The translations under genes and the position numbers were made by a program. A stretch of 64,000 nucleotides of DNA from Chiloscyllium plagiosum (Eukaryota). Of the stretch, positions 11,430 to 24,875 are shown piece after piece; the first letter of the stretch is position 1; each line of letters opens with the position of its first letter. The stretch is taken from positions 48,178,378 to 48,242,377 of the forward strand of contig NC_057718.1 in the NCBI RefSeq assembly GCF_004010195.1, read 5' to 3'. The notes beneath the pieces are model-generated. The model saw only the letters and a program-made list of their open reading frames with translations. It was not told the origin of the DNA and did no database searches.

Positions 11430-13200
11430 GACAGAGACTCTTGGAAAATCACTGGTACAGATGAGCTCCCAAATGGTAGATGATTGAAACAAAACTACCT
11501 GAATGGTGTAATAACCATAGTCAGCAATCTTGACTCTTGATCAAAGGGCCTCTGTTTACATTCAGTTTTGTGAAAAGCATGCCTGTTGCCAATTTTGGCA
11601 AACAATTTTTGACAGACAATAGCATGGATTTCTCCTCTAAATCATCTGTTTAACTGAGTGAGATCTTCATCCAATCTTAGTTTTCCACTTGTCTTCGGAA
11701 CAGTTAATAGCGCCGAGCACCATTGTGTTTTGTTCTGTCATTCTTGATATGATCTCACTTTTAACCATGTTGTCTAACTGAGATTTTACCTTTTCCCCAA
11801 AAAAAGAGGAATTTTCATGTGAGTGTACAAACAGATGGGCATAGCGTCTGCTTCCTGAGTAATATGATATTTTTGCTTCAATTTGCCTTATCCTTTGGAA
11901 AGTCTTGTCAAAATTCTCTCCGATCTTCATTCTGATATGCATCTATTCCCAATAGGCTTAAACAATTATATATATTTCTGTTCAATAATTGCAACATATT
12001 TACTGTTTCACTAACACTTTCTCCTCCGTGACTAAATTTTGTGGTAATTTTTACAGATGTGCCTGGCAATCTGTGCCTCCTGGAGTTTTTGGAGTTGTAT
12101 TTTAGTGGGTCTGACATTCACAGACTTCAACAAGGCAAACTGGCTGCTGATGTTGAATCAGCTGCTCCAAGGACATTTAAATTCTGTTTCAAATCCTTGT
12201 ACTTTCAAGTTGATGGCCTAGAAGCTGTGTTGACTCTTGTTCACCTCAGATAAGAATGCTCTCTTTACCTTTTTTTCTGGGTCCACTTTCATGAGTATTT
12301 TCCTTGTAAAATTATCTTCATTTTTTTTCCTTGTAAAATGATTTACATTTCTCAGGAATTATTTATTTTTCAGAGCTTTTCCTTTGTTCCTGAGGTAATG
12401 ATGGTACTGCTAACTTAGGGTATTTTTAAATCATATTCTAGTGTCCTCGCTGGATCCTCGTTACATTCGTTCTGTTTGGACCCACATCTTGTAAAATCTA
12501 ATGCGGTTAAGAATGTTGATTCCCACTCTTTTGGTGAACTTTTGGAAGGGTGATGATGCCATCTTGAGCTATATTCATCCATGTCAGAAGAATTGCCAAT
12601 GTTTCCTTGCAGTACTGACAGCTTTTGGCCCCAGATTTCCGTCTGCATAGCCTGTTGGATTGCTTATTGAATGAATTATTTATTGTCGCTTGTATTTAAG
12701 GGAAAATATGGTGAAAAGCCTCGATCGTTGCCATGGTCCAGCACCATTATTGCAATATAAAATCTTGGTAGATTGAAGAAGGTCTGATAAATCCTCTTCA
12801 TTCACATCAAGTATTATATGGTCTCTAATTAATACATTCTTCAAGCTTCTTACCCAACGCTCAAAAATGTCAATCCACTAAAATATCTTTTATTAATTCT
12901 CTTGAATGTTGGGTGTGCTGATTAAATCATGTCCATTTTATTCCTACATTGGTAATACTTCAAAATATGTGTTAAATGCTTAATTAATGCTTCATACTCT
13001 GTAATGCCTTCTTCCATGCTTTGTGTTACCAGAATATTATGAGCTATTGACCCTACAATTTTATTATTTTAACTTCAGATCCTGGTTTGGGAACTTTTTT
13101 TTCCTCCTTACTGCAACAATGTTTTATCTTGTGTTATAAGCTGTTATTGCTACCTGCCCATTTAGATACTGGTCTTTAGCATCTTTTGGACTGTGGTGTC
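11430..13200 (-). mobile_element. Degenerate Gypsy gag-pol fragment
   Basis: Minus strand: gag-like LIRDHIILDVNEEDLSDLL (~12780-12835); RT-like EKVKSQLDNMVKSEII...WCSALLTVPKTSGKLRL...QESRLLTMVITPFR*FCFNHLPFGSSSVPVIFQ (11430-11800). Confidence 0.7.
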
Positions 13201-13539
13201 TGCACACACACTGTCCCTGAGTATATTTGCTCCTTATCACTAGGTAAGGCTCTTTCAGTCCTGATATACTGAAGTATTCCTTTATTTATATAAGTACATT
13301 TCAGGTTAGTAAATACAGCTGTAGTATTTCAGAATTCTCTTGTGACATGCTCATTCTAAACTGATGCGTCTCCCTGATTGATATCTGGGACAGGCCATCA
13401 GTTACACCAACAACATTTACAACGAAACTACAACAATCTCAAATAGCTAAGATAAAAAAGAATTCTTGGTTGAAACTAGAAATTGAATGGGCAGCGTTCT
13501 GTTTGGTATTTTATTTATTTAAAATATTTATTTTATTGA

Positions 13540-15070
13540 AAATATAATTTGGAATTAATAATAGAAAATAAGGGGATGGCAGATGAATTCAACAGATATT
13601 TTGCATCAGTCTTCACTGCAGAGAATACAAGTAACAGCCCAGAAATAGCTGTAAATTAGGAACTGGTAGACAGGGGGGAACTCAATAATATTACAATCCC
13701 AAGGGAAGTGGTACTGAGTAAACTGTTGGAGCTATAGGCTGACAAGTCCTTGGGTCCTGGGAGATTTCACTCTAGAATCATAAAAAATGTGGCTAGTGAG
13801 ATAATTAGTGCATTGGTTTTATTATTTCCAAAGTTCTTTTGATTTAAGGGAGGTTCCATTAGAATGAAAAATAGCAAACGTAACTCCCTTTTGCTAAAAC
13901 AGAGGAAGAAAGAAAGCAGGAAACTGGAGGTCAGTTAGCTTAACATCTGTGAGAGAGAAGATGATAGGTGCTATTATTAAATAAATCATTCCAGGACACT
14001 TTGAGAAGATTAAGGTAATCAGGCAGAGTCAACATGGTTTGTGAAAGGAAAATCATGTTTAATCAATTTCTTGGAATTCTTTGAAGAAGTAATAATTGCT
14101 CTGAGAAAAGGTGAACTGATGGTTGTGCTGTACTTAGTTTTCCAGAAAGCATTTGATAAGATGCCACATCAAAGGTCATTACGGAAAATAAGAACTCATT
14201 GTTAATATTGACAAAGAGAGGAGACTGGTGAGCTAACAGGAACCAAGTAGGCATAAATGGGTCATCTTCTGGTTGTTAAGATGTGTATGCCACATAGGGA
14301 CCAGTGCAGGACCTCAACGTGTTACTATTTATACAAATGACTTAGATGAAGGGACCAAAAGCATGGTTTTTAAAGTTGCTAATGATGTAAAGATAGCTAA
14401 GAAAGTAAGATGAGAAGAGTGCATAAGGAGTCGACAAAAAGATTTAGGTAGGCTCAGTGACTGAACAAAGATCTGGAAAATGGAGTATAATGTAGAAAAT
14501 GTGAAATAATCCATTCTGACAGAAAGAATATAAAAAGAAATACATCATTTATGTGGTGAGAGATTGGGCAATGAGGTGCTAAGGGGTCTAGATGTCGTAG
14601 TGCAAGAGTTACAGGTGGTTAACGCAGATACTGTAAGGAATTAGGAAACTAATAGAATGTTATTGCTTGCAGGAGGAACTGAATGCAAAGGTTATACCTC
14701 AGTTATTTAGATGTTGGTGAGACTACATTTGGAATACTGTGTACATTCCTTATTTAAGGAAAGATGCAAAAACAGTTTAAAGAAGGTTTACTCGTCCCTG
14801 GAAAGGGCAAGTTGTCTCATGAAGAAAGCTTGGACAGACTTGCCTTGTGTCGCTTAGTTCAGAAGAGGTAACTTGATTGAAACATGTGCCGTGCTGAGGG
14901 GTCTTGACAAGATGGGAATTGTGAGAGGGTATCAGAACCAGGCTCACGATTAATAAAGATAAGGGTTAGCTCACTTAAGACAGAGCTGAGGCAAAGTGTT
15001 TACTCACTGCAGATCATGAATCTTTGGAATTTTCTTCCTTGAAAGGCCATGGAAGCAGAGTCTTTGAGTG
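13540..15070 (+). mobile_element. Old CR1 LINE, degenerate RT to 3' end
   Basis: FASVFT, QSQHGF..GKSC..N...FFEEV, LxFQKAFDKMPH and ANDVKI motifs with many stops and frameshifts. Confidence 0.85.
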
Positions 15071-15396
15071 GAATCAGGGAGTTTGTATCACTGTAGTTCA
15101 GGGAATGGTTCAAGGTCAGTCATGTAGGACCTGTGCAACAAGGCCAGCAATTCATGGGAAGTGAGTTTGAGAGCTGCCCAGGTATCAGTCAGTGTCTCTG
15201 TTTGTCATCAGTTGGCTGTTCATCCAAGTTAGTTGAGGATGGGGTGGACCTTGTGGGTGTCAGCTCACTGAAAGTCAAGGAGACTTATCAGGGACCACAG
15301 TTGCAGGACCCATATTGGGGAAGTCAGTTCTAGGATTAGGATTTGCATGCTGAGGGGACAATAATTGTGGAGTGGGGTGGAGGCTTAATATATTTA

Positions 15397-15710
15397 GGGT
15401 GGCACGGTGGCACAGTGGTTAGCACTGGTGCCTCACAGCGCCAGAGACCCGGGTTCAATTCCCGCCTCAGGCGACTGACTGTGTGGAGTTTGCACGTTCT
15501 CCCCGTGTCTGCGTGGGTTTCCTCCGGGTGCTCCGGTTTCCTCCCACAGTCCAAAGATGTGCAGGTCAGGTGAATTGGCCAGGCGAAATTGCCCGTAGTA
15601 TTAGGTAAGGGGTAAATGTAGGGGTATGGGTGGGTTACGCTTCGGCGAGTCGGTGTGAACTTGTTGGGCCGAAGGGCCTGTTTCCACACTGTAATGTAAT
15701 CTAATCTAAT
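15397..15710 (+). mobile_element. HE1/V-SINE-type SINE, full length
   Basis: A/B boxes, V-domain and (TCTAA)n tail; reverse complement of the 8971-9288 family. Confidence 0.92.
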
Positions 15711-18238
15711 TAGAGGAGTACAATGCTGCTGTAATGGAGGACATGGGTTACCATGGCAGAGAGTGTCACGATGTTCACATCAGCCTGGTTACACCTGAGA
15801 GTGAACGGGAGAGGGCAGTAAGATGGATGGCATGCCCAAGCTATTGGGCTTTTAGGGGGTAATGTTGGGGTATCACGGGGAATTGTCACAGAACTATGCA
15901 ATTGCCGGAGTGGGACCTGCAATCTAAGGGAGTGGTTGGCTGTTTTATCTCAGTGGATGTCAAGGTCTACATAACTGGAGCAAGGATAAAGGGAATTTTT
16001 TGGACTCCAAAAAGCTGAGAGAGTGATAGCAGTCTTCCAAGGAGGAAGGTGAAGTCATTAAGCAGGTACAACATGAACTGGGAAAAAATAGCACTTGCTT
16101 AGATGGGATTCTAAGATGGGACAATGCTAATGATGTGTAGCTTGGTTCTTTAAAAACAATATGTTTATGAATGTGCATTTATAGTTGCAACCTATGTGCC
16201 CTGAGAAGAATTTATTTTTGGTTCCTCTCCTACTACATGCACAGTGAAGGGCAGATCCCAGTTGGCAACAGTTGAAAGTGCAGGCGTTACATCAATCCCA
16301 GAAGACTCAGGCAGAGGCGAGTACTTTCCCTTTGGCAAGAGGGAAAGTAGGACGAGCGAGGTGGCTAGGTAATGAACTGAGTTATGGAGAATAATGTGAG
16401 AAATCTCACTCGAATCCTCTATGAAACTTACCATAACTGACACTCCACTGGCATTTGAATGCTGCACTTTTATATTCTTGTTAGGCAAGGGTGTGAAAGG
16501 TTAATTCAGATAGGCAGGACTGTGGAATAATCAGATTTGGTATGATTGCATTGAATGGTTCAGCAGGCTCAAAGGACCAAATAACTTACACCTGTTCCTA
16601 ACTCGTATGTTAATGTGTCCAGATATCAAGTTGATACTACCTCAGTATTATGCTGCAGACCAGAAAGCAAACAGCTGCAGTCAAAATTCATCACTGCTTA
16701 CTTCTGGGCCTCATACCGACCTTCCGAATTGAGGAGGGCTCTGACACAGACACCATCACCAATTCTTGCAGAATCTATTAGATGGGCACAATGGAAAATG
16801 AATTGGGAAGGCTACAAATTTCCCTTCCTGCCTCATTTAAAGACTGATTTTGGGCATCCAGTCAGGGCAGGTTACGCACTTAGATTTCCTAGAAAGTCTC
16901 AGGGCTACATAGGAGAGATCAACAGCTGGTGATAATGTTCTGCTTAATTTCACTCTTGGGTTTAAGTTTAGGCCTAAGTTTTACACTGGCACAACAACAT
17001 GGAAAAGTTCCTTTAACCTGTTCATCATACACACTAGTAATGGATCATGTCTATATGGTCATTGTAATGACAATATTGTAGTCATGTAAGTGTCATTTTT
17101 GATCTCCTCCCATTTACGCTCCTGCCATAGCAACCTATTTAATCTTGCTAAAAGGCAAGGAAGAGCAACACCTTATTACCATGCAGCTTTTTATCAGTAT
17201 CTTTCCAAGCAGTCAACAGCTATAAAGGTATTTTTACTGAGTCCAGTACAAATACTGAGAAAGAAACAACTTCCTACATTATTAATATATCAGAAAGAAT
17301 TTCAGATGATCATTTTTTTTTAAGTACTAGGATGAGAACAAGAAGTATAGGAATGATTTAAGTATGTTATCTATGTTGGAGCCAACAAACATTGATGAAG
17401 AAGGTCAGTAACAATGTTCTGGATTGGCTAGATCACCCAAAATGAAGAATTGCCATTAAGCTCCTTTACATTTATAGGATGATACAGAAAATCAGCAAAT
17501 CAGCTGGTTAACAAAGGCTGATCTATGACACACTGGAAACTAGTGAGTCATGTGAATCCCTGACCTTCCTTTAACCCCGAGCTATTGTAAATTAATCAGA
17601 GGACACATTGGGCATGTGTGTTCTAACATTTTACAAAAACAGTCACTTACACAACAGATTCTCTCTGAGCATGTCAGCAGCAGCAGTTTCCATTGCAATG
17701 ATCCTTGTGTTGCAGTATAAATTTGGAATAGAAATGAAAGGGAGACGATACCTGGTTTTAAAGTAAAATGATTCATTACTCTCCCTGGTGCTACATAACA
17801 GCTCTCGTGTGTACCATATATATGAGCAGTATGGTAATTGATATCTCGGCCCTACAAAGTTTGAACTATCTTTTCAATTTGGTTCCACCTCACAGAACAT
17901 GTTAGTTTTCATCAATGTTTTTTGATTAAATTGTCCACAAATTTTACTATTTTGAGATTATTCTAGCTGGCCGAGGAAGAAATGAGGTGGAATCTAATTC
18001 CTCCATTCAGTCCTCTCAGTAATACAATGTTAGTAGTGTTTTAACTAGTGGCATTTAGAATATGATATACCTGGTCTATTAACATATCCAGAAATGTCCC
18101 TGTGTCACCTTGGGTGCCTCGACAGTTGAATAGATTCAACACCATTGAATTAAATTGTAATTTAGTTTGGGGTCTGTGCTTCTGGAGGATCATTGAAAAT
18201 GTTTGGAGTCTTCAGTCTAATAGGTTCAACCTACTTAC

Positions 18239-18374
18239 TTTCAGAATGATTTCAGTGTACTATTATGGAATATGCAGCACTGTTGTGCCAGTATAGACAT
18301 TGGGACCCACCCTTACAATTTAACTATTTAACAGATCATGGATAGGATTTCCTATTATTATTTCATGGATATTT
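18239..18374 (-). pseudogene. Decayed exon-like block (GAIN 'NPF' region) of the polycystin-1-like gene
   Basis: Strong donor GAAA|GTAAGT and an upstream polypyrimidine tract ending gtcaa (AG apparently lost). Reads IHEIIGNPIHDLL...SIIVH*, or ..TEIILK in another frame. Confidence 0.35.
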
Positions 18375-19465
18375 TGACAAGGGTGAAGAGGTGAAGGGGG
18401 CAGCAGAATGATAAGACAATGTCCAAAGAACAATACTGTTTACTGTGTTGAAATACCTCAAACCGTTTCACAAAATTATTTATTGAAGTGGGGTGACTGT
18501 AGTTATATGAACAGTTTTCTAGTTAAAACATTAGAATAGAATGGTTACAGTACAGAGGGAACCCATTCAGCCCATTGAGCCAAGACTGGTTCTATACAAG
18601 AGTAATTTAACCAGTCCGACTCCCCTGTGCTTTCTTCATTGCCCTGTAGTCTCTTCAGGTACTTGTCCTGAAAGCGATGAAAGAATCTGCTTCCATGCTC
18701 TTACAAACAGTGCATTCCAGACTGAAACCACAGGTAATTATTTCTGATTTTGAAATGGAGAAGGATTAAATTTGTTATCACATTTATTATGATCTCATTC
18801 CGTTGTTAGTAACTGTTGTAATAATGCAGCATGATCAGGATTTACTGATTTTTGCACTGTACTACAATAAGCAATAATGATTATTTATTGATATATATTT
18901 CCTGATAACATTATTTAGGAGATATTTATAATTGCATAATATCATTCAGAAGTTCAATAGGCTTACATGTCCATGCTATAATTATAACTGACAAACTTGT
19001 CAGCTTATTAAATTCTGTAATGTCTGTTTATTGTGAATGCATTAGTATTTTGATACCACAAGATGGCCTTGATCCATCAATTCAATAAAACCACCATGTC
19101 AGTTGTCTGTTCCTTTCTTTAACCATGAATAAATGTGTTTAGGGGAAAAGACAGTTGATCTGAATATCAAAGGTTACTAAATAAAGATTGGAAGTTTGGT
19201 CATTGGCCATACACTGATTTGTGTAAAAATCTACATTTGAAGAATTGTGAGGCTGTGGAATTGTCCACAGTTAGTGGTTGAAGTGAAATTTGTCTTGAAC
19301 ATCATTACAAAATAAAATCATCATTAATGCACTTCACCCAATATTTAATTATAATTGTTATGAAGAGACTTCACTTTAATATTTTTGTAGACTTCAGTTT
19401 GAAAGATTGTGAATACCTGGAGTGTTTTTTTTTTAAGTTCACTGAAAGAACATATTCTTTTATAC

Positions 19466-19601
19466 CAACTGTACTTTTGTCTTGGTTATATGGTACCACT
19501 CTGAGGGGTGTATTCATCTGTTTCCATCATTAAGTATTAACTTTGGTGGGAAGAAAGATTCTCCCATTGATGCTGGTTACTGTATCTAGCAGAACTACAT
19601 C
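19466..19601 (-). pseudogene. Decayed exon-like block (GAIN 'FxLP' region)
   Basis: Acceptor ttctgtaatgttcag|G and donor TTG|GTATAA. Reads ..SINGRIFLPTK.. and ..ITKTKVQL, with stops in every frame. Confidence 0.3.
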
Positions 19602-19780
19602 CTGAACATTACAGAACAGGCAATTACCTTTCATGCCCAAATCAAATTTGTAGATGATAGTGATGTAACATAGAACCATAAAATTCTGGAAAAACTCATC
19701 AGGCTGGGCAAGATCTGTGAAGAGAAACAAAGGTAACATTTTCAGATTAATAATTTTTAAACCTTCCTTTTATGGTACAT

Positions 19781-20150
19781 AGGGGCCAGACACAGCTCAG
19801 TGGTAGGACTCACAGAAGATTGCGGATTGAAGTCCCAATGTAAAAGGTCCTACAACTAACTTAACACTCCAATACAATACTACAGAAATGCTGCTTGCAT
19901 GTTGCTTCAGTTTCAAGTTGTTAAATTGACTGTCTGCACACTGAAAGAGTGTCAAAGATCTGAGTGCACTGCATTCTCCCTGGTACACTAGCCAATATTA
20001 AATTAACATCTATAGACAGTTTACTTGACCATCATCACATTGTTGATTGTGGCACTTCCCCCGTAATACCTAAAAATGTGTGATTGACAGTAAAACATTT
20101 TGAGCTATCTTGAAGTTATGAAAAACACAATACAAATGCAAGTCTTCTTG
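19781..20150 (+). mobile_element. Old DeuSINE-like tRNA SINE
   Basis: agctcagtggtagg head, a Deu-domain-like stretch (aaagatc...tggtacactagccaatatt...catcacattgttgattgtgg) and tail aaatgcaagtcttctt; highly diverged. Confidence 0.5.
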
Positions 20151-21029
20151 CTCTTATTGGCTGTTTGTCTCTAAGCAACACCATGCCATTATTTTTGATG
20201 GATGATCTTCAAAAATTTAAGACAGCATTTTTCTATCTTAAATAATGTGACATTCTTTATTGAACTAAAACTATCTTGTCTGATTTCCCTCCACTGAACA
20301 TGACGCAAATAAGATGTTATTCACAGAGCAGAGGCGAAAAAATTGCTCTGCAAATATATGTACGTGTGTGTTCAACCCACATGCTGTATTCTATGTTGCT
20401 GCATCTTCAAGCCCGCTTATAATTAACTGGCACCATGAGTCACTGACGCATAATGTGATCACCGAACAGGAAATTCAGTTCCAACAAAGCATAAACTAAT
20501 GTCTAATAGTTCTAACCAGTCATCAAAAACTGCCTTCTCAGACTTTACATCACTAAATGACAAGGTTGTACCATCTGCTGGAATTTGACTACAAACAACT
20601 TCCATCATGAGGCTGACAAAGGTTATGGTGATGACAGCTCTGACCCCTTGTATGCTACATTTGACAGGGACAATGGTGACATCTGTTAATCTGGACTACG
20701 TTGATGCATTATTTGTCAGAGCACACATTTTAATCAGTTTCCCTGGAAGACTGGCAGAAGGATGTGAAGGTATTGCATTAGTTTCATATCGCAATTTAGA
20801 GACATCAATATTTGTTCCAACATATAACACAAGGACTTATTAATGCACAGATGGATAGTAATTATCAACATAGGATCTTGCAGGTCAATGCCCAATTCCC
20901 AGATTAAGCTGTTTTGGTCTCCTCACTTTAAAATAGTCATGTAACTAACTGAAGAAAGCAAATTAGACATGTGGTGCCCAGGCCATCATTGTGTCTTCCA
21001 TAGTCAATAACTTCTTGTTACTCTTTCAT

Positions 21030-21320
21030 GGACCATGAGTGTTACTGGTAACATCAACATTTGGTGCTCATCCATAGCTGTTTACTCTGATGTCAGGAAG
21101 GATTTTCTAGGACTTTAACAAAGTTAGAAATGAAGGAGCATCAATATAGTACCAAGTCAGAATGGTGTGTAAATTGAAGGGGAACTTATAGATGGTGGTT
21201 TCCCATGCATCTACTGCCTTGCCCTTCTAAGTGATGGATATTGCATGCTTGGAAATAGTTGTGAAAGGACACTTGGCAAGTTTCCACTGTGTATCTTGTA
21301 AATGGTGAATACTGGTGTTA
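21030..21320 (-). mobile_element. Old LINE 3' fragment (L2/CR1 group) inside the inverted-repeat spacer
   Basis: The reverse-strand end (ctatggatgagcaccaaatgttg...ccagtaacactcat) resembles the 3' tail of the SINE at 44190-44530. Confidence 0.45.
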
Positions 21321-21695
21321 CCCTGTTAACAAACTAAACCAAAAACAAATCTACCAAGCAAGATTTAATTCCAGGATCTGACTTATCCAATTGTATCATC
21401 CAATGGGATCATAACAGTTTATTCTTCATATAGATTTGCAAATTTCATTTGTCCCTGGTAACATGGAGAATGAGTTTGCAGTATAGATTCAGAACTTTTA
21501 TTTTTAACAATATGTTTTTGAATCAACTAGGAAACAGGATATTTTATGCCTGGTAATTTGGAATGAGACTGATTAATTAATAATACTATACTAAAAGATG
21601 CTCTAATTTAATCAGGCTTCATTGGTTAGGCTGCCATGAGATTTGAGAGTCAGGATTTATGTCCTCCCTCGCTGAGAGACATACTTCCTAGACTG

Positions 21696-21805
21696 GTAGA
21701 AAGTGAGGACTGATTCCTGTTGAAGGGCTTATGCCTGAAATGTTGATTCTCCTGCTCCTTGAATGCTGCCTGACCTGCTGTACTTTTCCAGCACCCCACT
21801 CTCAA
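21696..21805 (+). mobile_element. Solo Penelope pLTR with short inverted tail
   Basis: agaaagtgaggactg (antisense tail) followed by attcctgttgaagggcttatgcctgaaatgttg...ccagcaccccactctc. Confidence 0.75.
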
Positions 21806-23147
21806 TGCTTCCTGTATTATCTCCACTTTTGGGATTTCCGGAACTGTCTTTATTTACATGCTATTATACATGATTATTTTAAAGTGAAGAGACTGAAACA
21901 GCTTAATCTGAGAAGTGGGCATTGACCTGCAAGATCCTATGTTGATAATTACTAACCATCTGTGCATTGCTAAGTCCTTGTGTTATGTGTTGGAACCAAT
22001 ATTGATGTCTCTAAACTGGGGAATCCTACAATATGAAACTAATGCAATACCTTCACATCTTTCTGCCAGTCTTCCAGGAAACTGATTAAAATGTGTGCTC
22101 TGATCATTGCAATATAGCTCTCTAGTAAAGATTATTCTGTCTTCTCAGGGTCTGTTACCATAGGACTGCTAATCTCAGTGTTACATAATCGAAAACAATA
22201 TCATGCATTCTCATTAAACAGCAATTAGTCTTTGGAATTCCTTACCCTGAGGTTCCAGGTTGAGTTAGACAGATTATTGATCCACAAATATATTGAGGAT
22301 TATGGATATGTCAGAAAAGTGGAGTTAAAGCCATAATTCGATTATCCATGACCTTATTGAATAGTCAAGCAGATTCGAGTTCTTGCAGTTACTGAAGACT
22401 AATGCCCTTTATCTTTGAGATACACATGCTGTGAACACGTGTGAGATTGAGATAAGGTAATACTGTACAGCAAACTGCCTATCCCCTTGCCTTAAGAATG
22501 CTGACAACCATGACAAGCTTTATATCTGTGCTAAAAACAATGCAATGCAGAATTACTGTGAATTTTTATATTCTGACTGCACAAAAATGCAAGGAACCAA
22601 TAGCTGGCAAGGACACTGTGAGCATCCAGGTAGGTGCAAAGTAAATGGGCACTAAGAGAATGAGTGAGCAGCCTTGAAAGGTACCCTGGTCCAGTCCCTG
22701 AACTGGGTACTTCTCCCTGACCTTGTAACAGCATTACAATGAAAGGTGCAGGTACACTCCAAGCCAGTGATCCCTCCAAGGTCCATGCATGATATAATCT
22801 TACAGAGCTGAAAGTCAGTTCACCAAGTGCAGAATGTTGGTGCAGCCTCCCAGCTTAGAGGGAACATTGCTTCAAAGTGCAGCATTGATGTATGGAAGCA
22901 TACTGCTTCAAGGATATGCCATCATGATCCTGTGATGGTATGTGTTGGATGTCAATGTCTGTGGACATGAGATGCCCATGGAATATATCCTGAGATGCTG
23001 GTGTCAAATGTCTATGATGGAAGTCTAGAGGAAAAAGCGATGAGCTGGGCTTACCAGGTACCAGCTCTGACTTTAATTCTTGGCATCTGGTTTCTATTTG
23101 GGGAGGGATAGGGAATTGGAGGCTGCATATGAAGGAGATCGGAAGGA

Positions 23148-23500
23148 GATGGTATGGTGGCTCAGTGATTAGCATTGATGACTTATGGTGCCAGGAACCC
23201 AGGTTCGATTCCAGCCTCAGGCAACTGTCTGTGTGAAGTTTGCATGTTTTCGCTGTGCCTGTGTGGGATTCCTCCTGATGCTCTGGTTTCCTCCTGCATT
23301 CCAAAGATTCTGGTTAGGTGGATTGGCAAAGGTAAATTGCCCATAATGTCCAGGGATATGCAGTTTAGGTGGATTAGCCATGGGAAATGCAGGGCTATGA
23401 GGATAGTGTGAGGGGCTGGGACTGGTTGGGATGTACTTTGGAAGGTCATTGCTAACTCGATAGGATGAACAGCCTATTTCTGCGCTGTAGGGATGCTATG
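23148..23500 (+). mobile_element. HE1/V-SINE-type SINE, older diverged copy
   Basis: tggtggctcagtgattagc...ggttcgattcc head and V-domain. Confidence 0.8.
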
Positions 23501-23704
23501 AGATGAGGTTAGGTGGTAATAAGGGTGATAATGACTGATAATTAATAGGCACTGCCATACAGTAGCAAGAATCTCCTGGACTTACTTTAAAAAAATGACT
23601 CTTTGGTCTCAATGTTGAGAAGGATTTGCTTAACATCTCACTCAGTTTATCCAAATTTCTCATAGTCCACATACTTCAGGGGTCTGGGTCGATTCTGCCT
23701 TTAC

Positions 23705-24545
23705 CTACTTTAAAAAATAAAGTAACTGGTCTCCAGCCAGATGTTAATATAAATTTGACTATTTGGTTGTAACAGTATCCTGGTCCATTTAACTGGCTAC
23801 TCCACCCTTGGACGAAGACACCATTATAGTACCTGTGATACCAACCCTTCATGTTTAAGGTAGACTTTTCTGATCTTTCACAATCATGACGATACTACTT
23901 TGAAAGCTGTTCAAACATTGCACATTATCTGCTCCTCCTCAGTTAGTTTCCTTGTTATTCAAGGCTCCAAAAGTGCAGGGTGAACAGAGCTTGGAAAGTG
24001 GTGCAGTCTCCAAGATGACCTCTCTACCTCTGTCTCTCTGCCAATGTTTGTTGCTTACTTTTGAGGTATGAAACACCAGTTGAAAAAAACAACTGTCTGC
24101 CCTGCTGATCCCACTTATGAAATATATTGAACTGGTGCATGGTTGGCAATAGTCCTGCAATGGCTCCCCCTCAATCGACTCCGTTCCTGTAATATCACCA
24201 ATGGCTTCTATCGACCTCTGCTGTATACATGAAGGTGTAGTGGGTGATAAAAACATTGTGGAAGAAATGCCTTTATGTAGCATTGCTTCTAGAGTCAATT
24301 GCCTGGGGGTAGACAACATTGCAGGCTGCTTAGGTCTTTAAACAGTTTTCGGACTGAATCCAAGAGTACACACCTGCTTAAAACTTCCTTTATTACATTC
24401 AATAATAACCTTCTTAACTTTTGCTACAGGCTTGGGAATAATATCGTTCTCCAGCTGCTTCAAAATGTGTAAATGGAGTATTACTTTTAATACTGGAGTT
24501 ATGTTCACATTATGCAGTCCCACATCACATTTGCTGCCATGAATT
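23705..24545 (-). pseudogene. Large decayed exon-like block (helical REJ-to-GAIN A region) of the polycystin-1-like gene
   Basis: Non-repetitive sequence. ORFs 24338-24559 and 23939-24319 are in the same frame, separated by one stop. KTV*RPKQPAMLSTPRQLTLEAM resembles the 'T..D..Q.A....P.ELT..AQ' helices. Donor AG|GTAAAG at 23705/23704. Boundaries are uncertain. Confidence 0.4.
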
Positions 24546-24687
24546 GAGTGGGAAACCAAAAATAAAATTATAATGAGGTAACTGAGTTAAACAATCACTG
24601 CCCAATGTACTCCTGGGTCCCAGTGCTTTGCAAAATTATAATTGGGACCATTATTGACATATGAAGTGGCATTTTAAAAAAAAATCA

Positions 24688-24875
24688 TGAAGGGGATCAG
24701 AGTGTCGCTGTCTAGGCTAGCATTTATTTCCCTCCCTAATTGCCCAGAGGGCAGTTAAGAGTCAAGCACATTGCTGTGGGTCTAGCATCACATGTAGGCC
24801 AGACCAGGAAAGGACAGCAATTTCCTTCCCTAGAGGACATTTGTGAACCAGATGGGTTTTTCTGACAATCGACAG
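24688..24875 (-). mobile_element. tRNA-SINE (second family), 3' half
   Basis: Reverse complement of 44340-44525. Confidence 0.75.

Larger units (their letters stand above)
20716..22103. repeat. Long inverted repeat (arms 20716-20943 and 21867-22103) around a ~920-bp spacer; probable non-autonomous DNA transposon
   Basis: gtaattatcaacataggatcttgcaggtcaatgccca pairs with tgggcattgacctgcaagatcctatgttgataattac, and tcagagcacacattttaatcagtttcc pairs with ggaaactgattaaaatgtgtgctctga. Confidence 0.9.

Noticed and set aside
12296..12350. ~27-bp tandem duplication (tttccttgtaaaat...)
   Set aside because: An ordinary slippage duplication within a decayed Gypsy.
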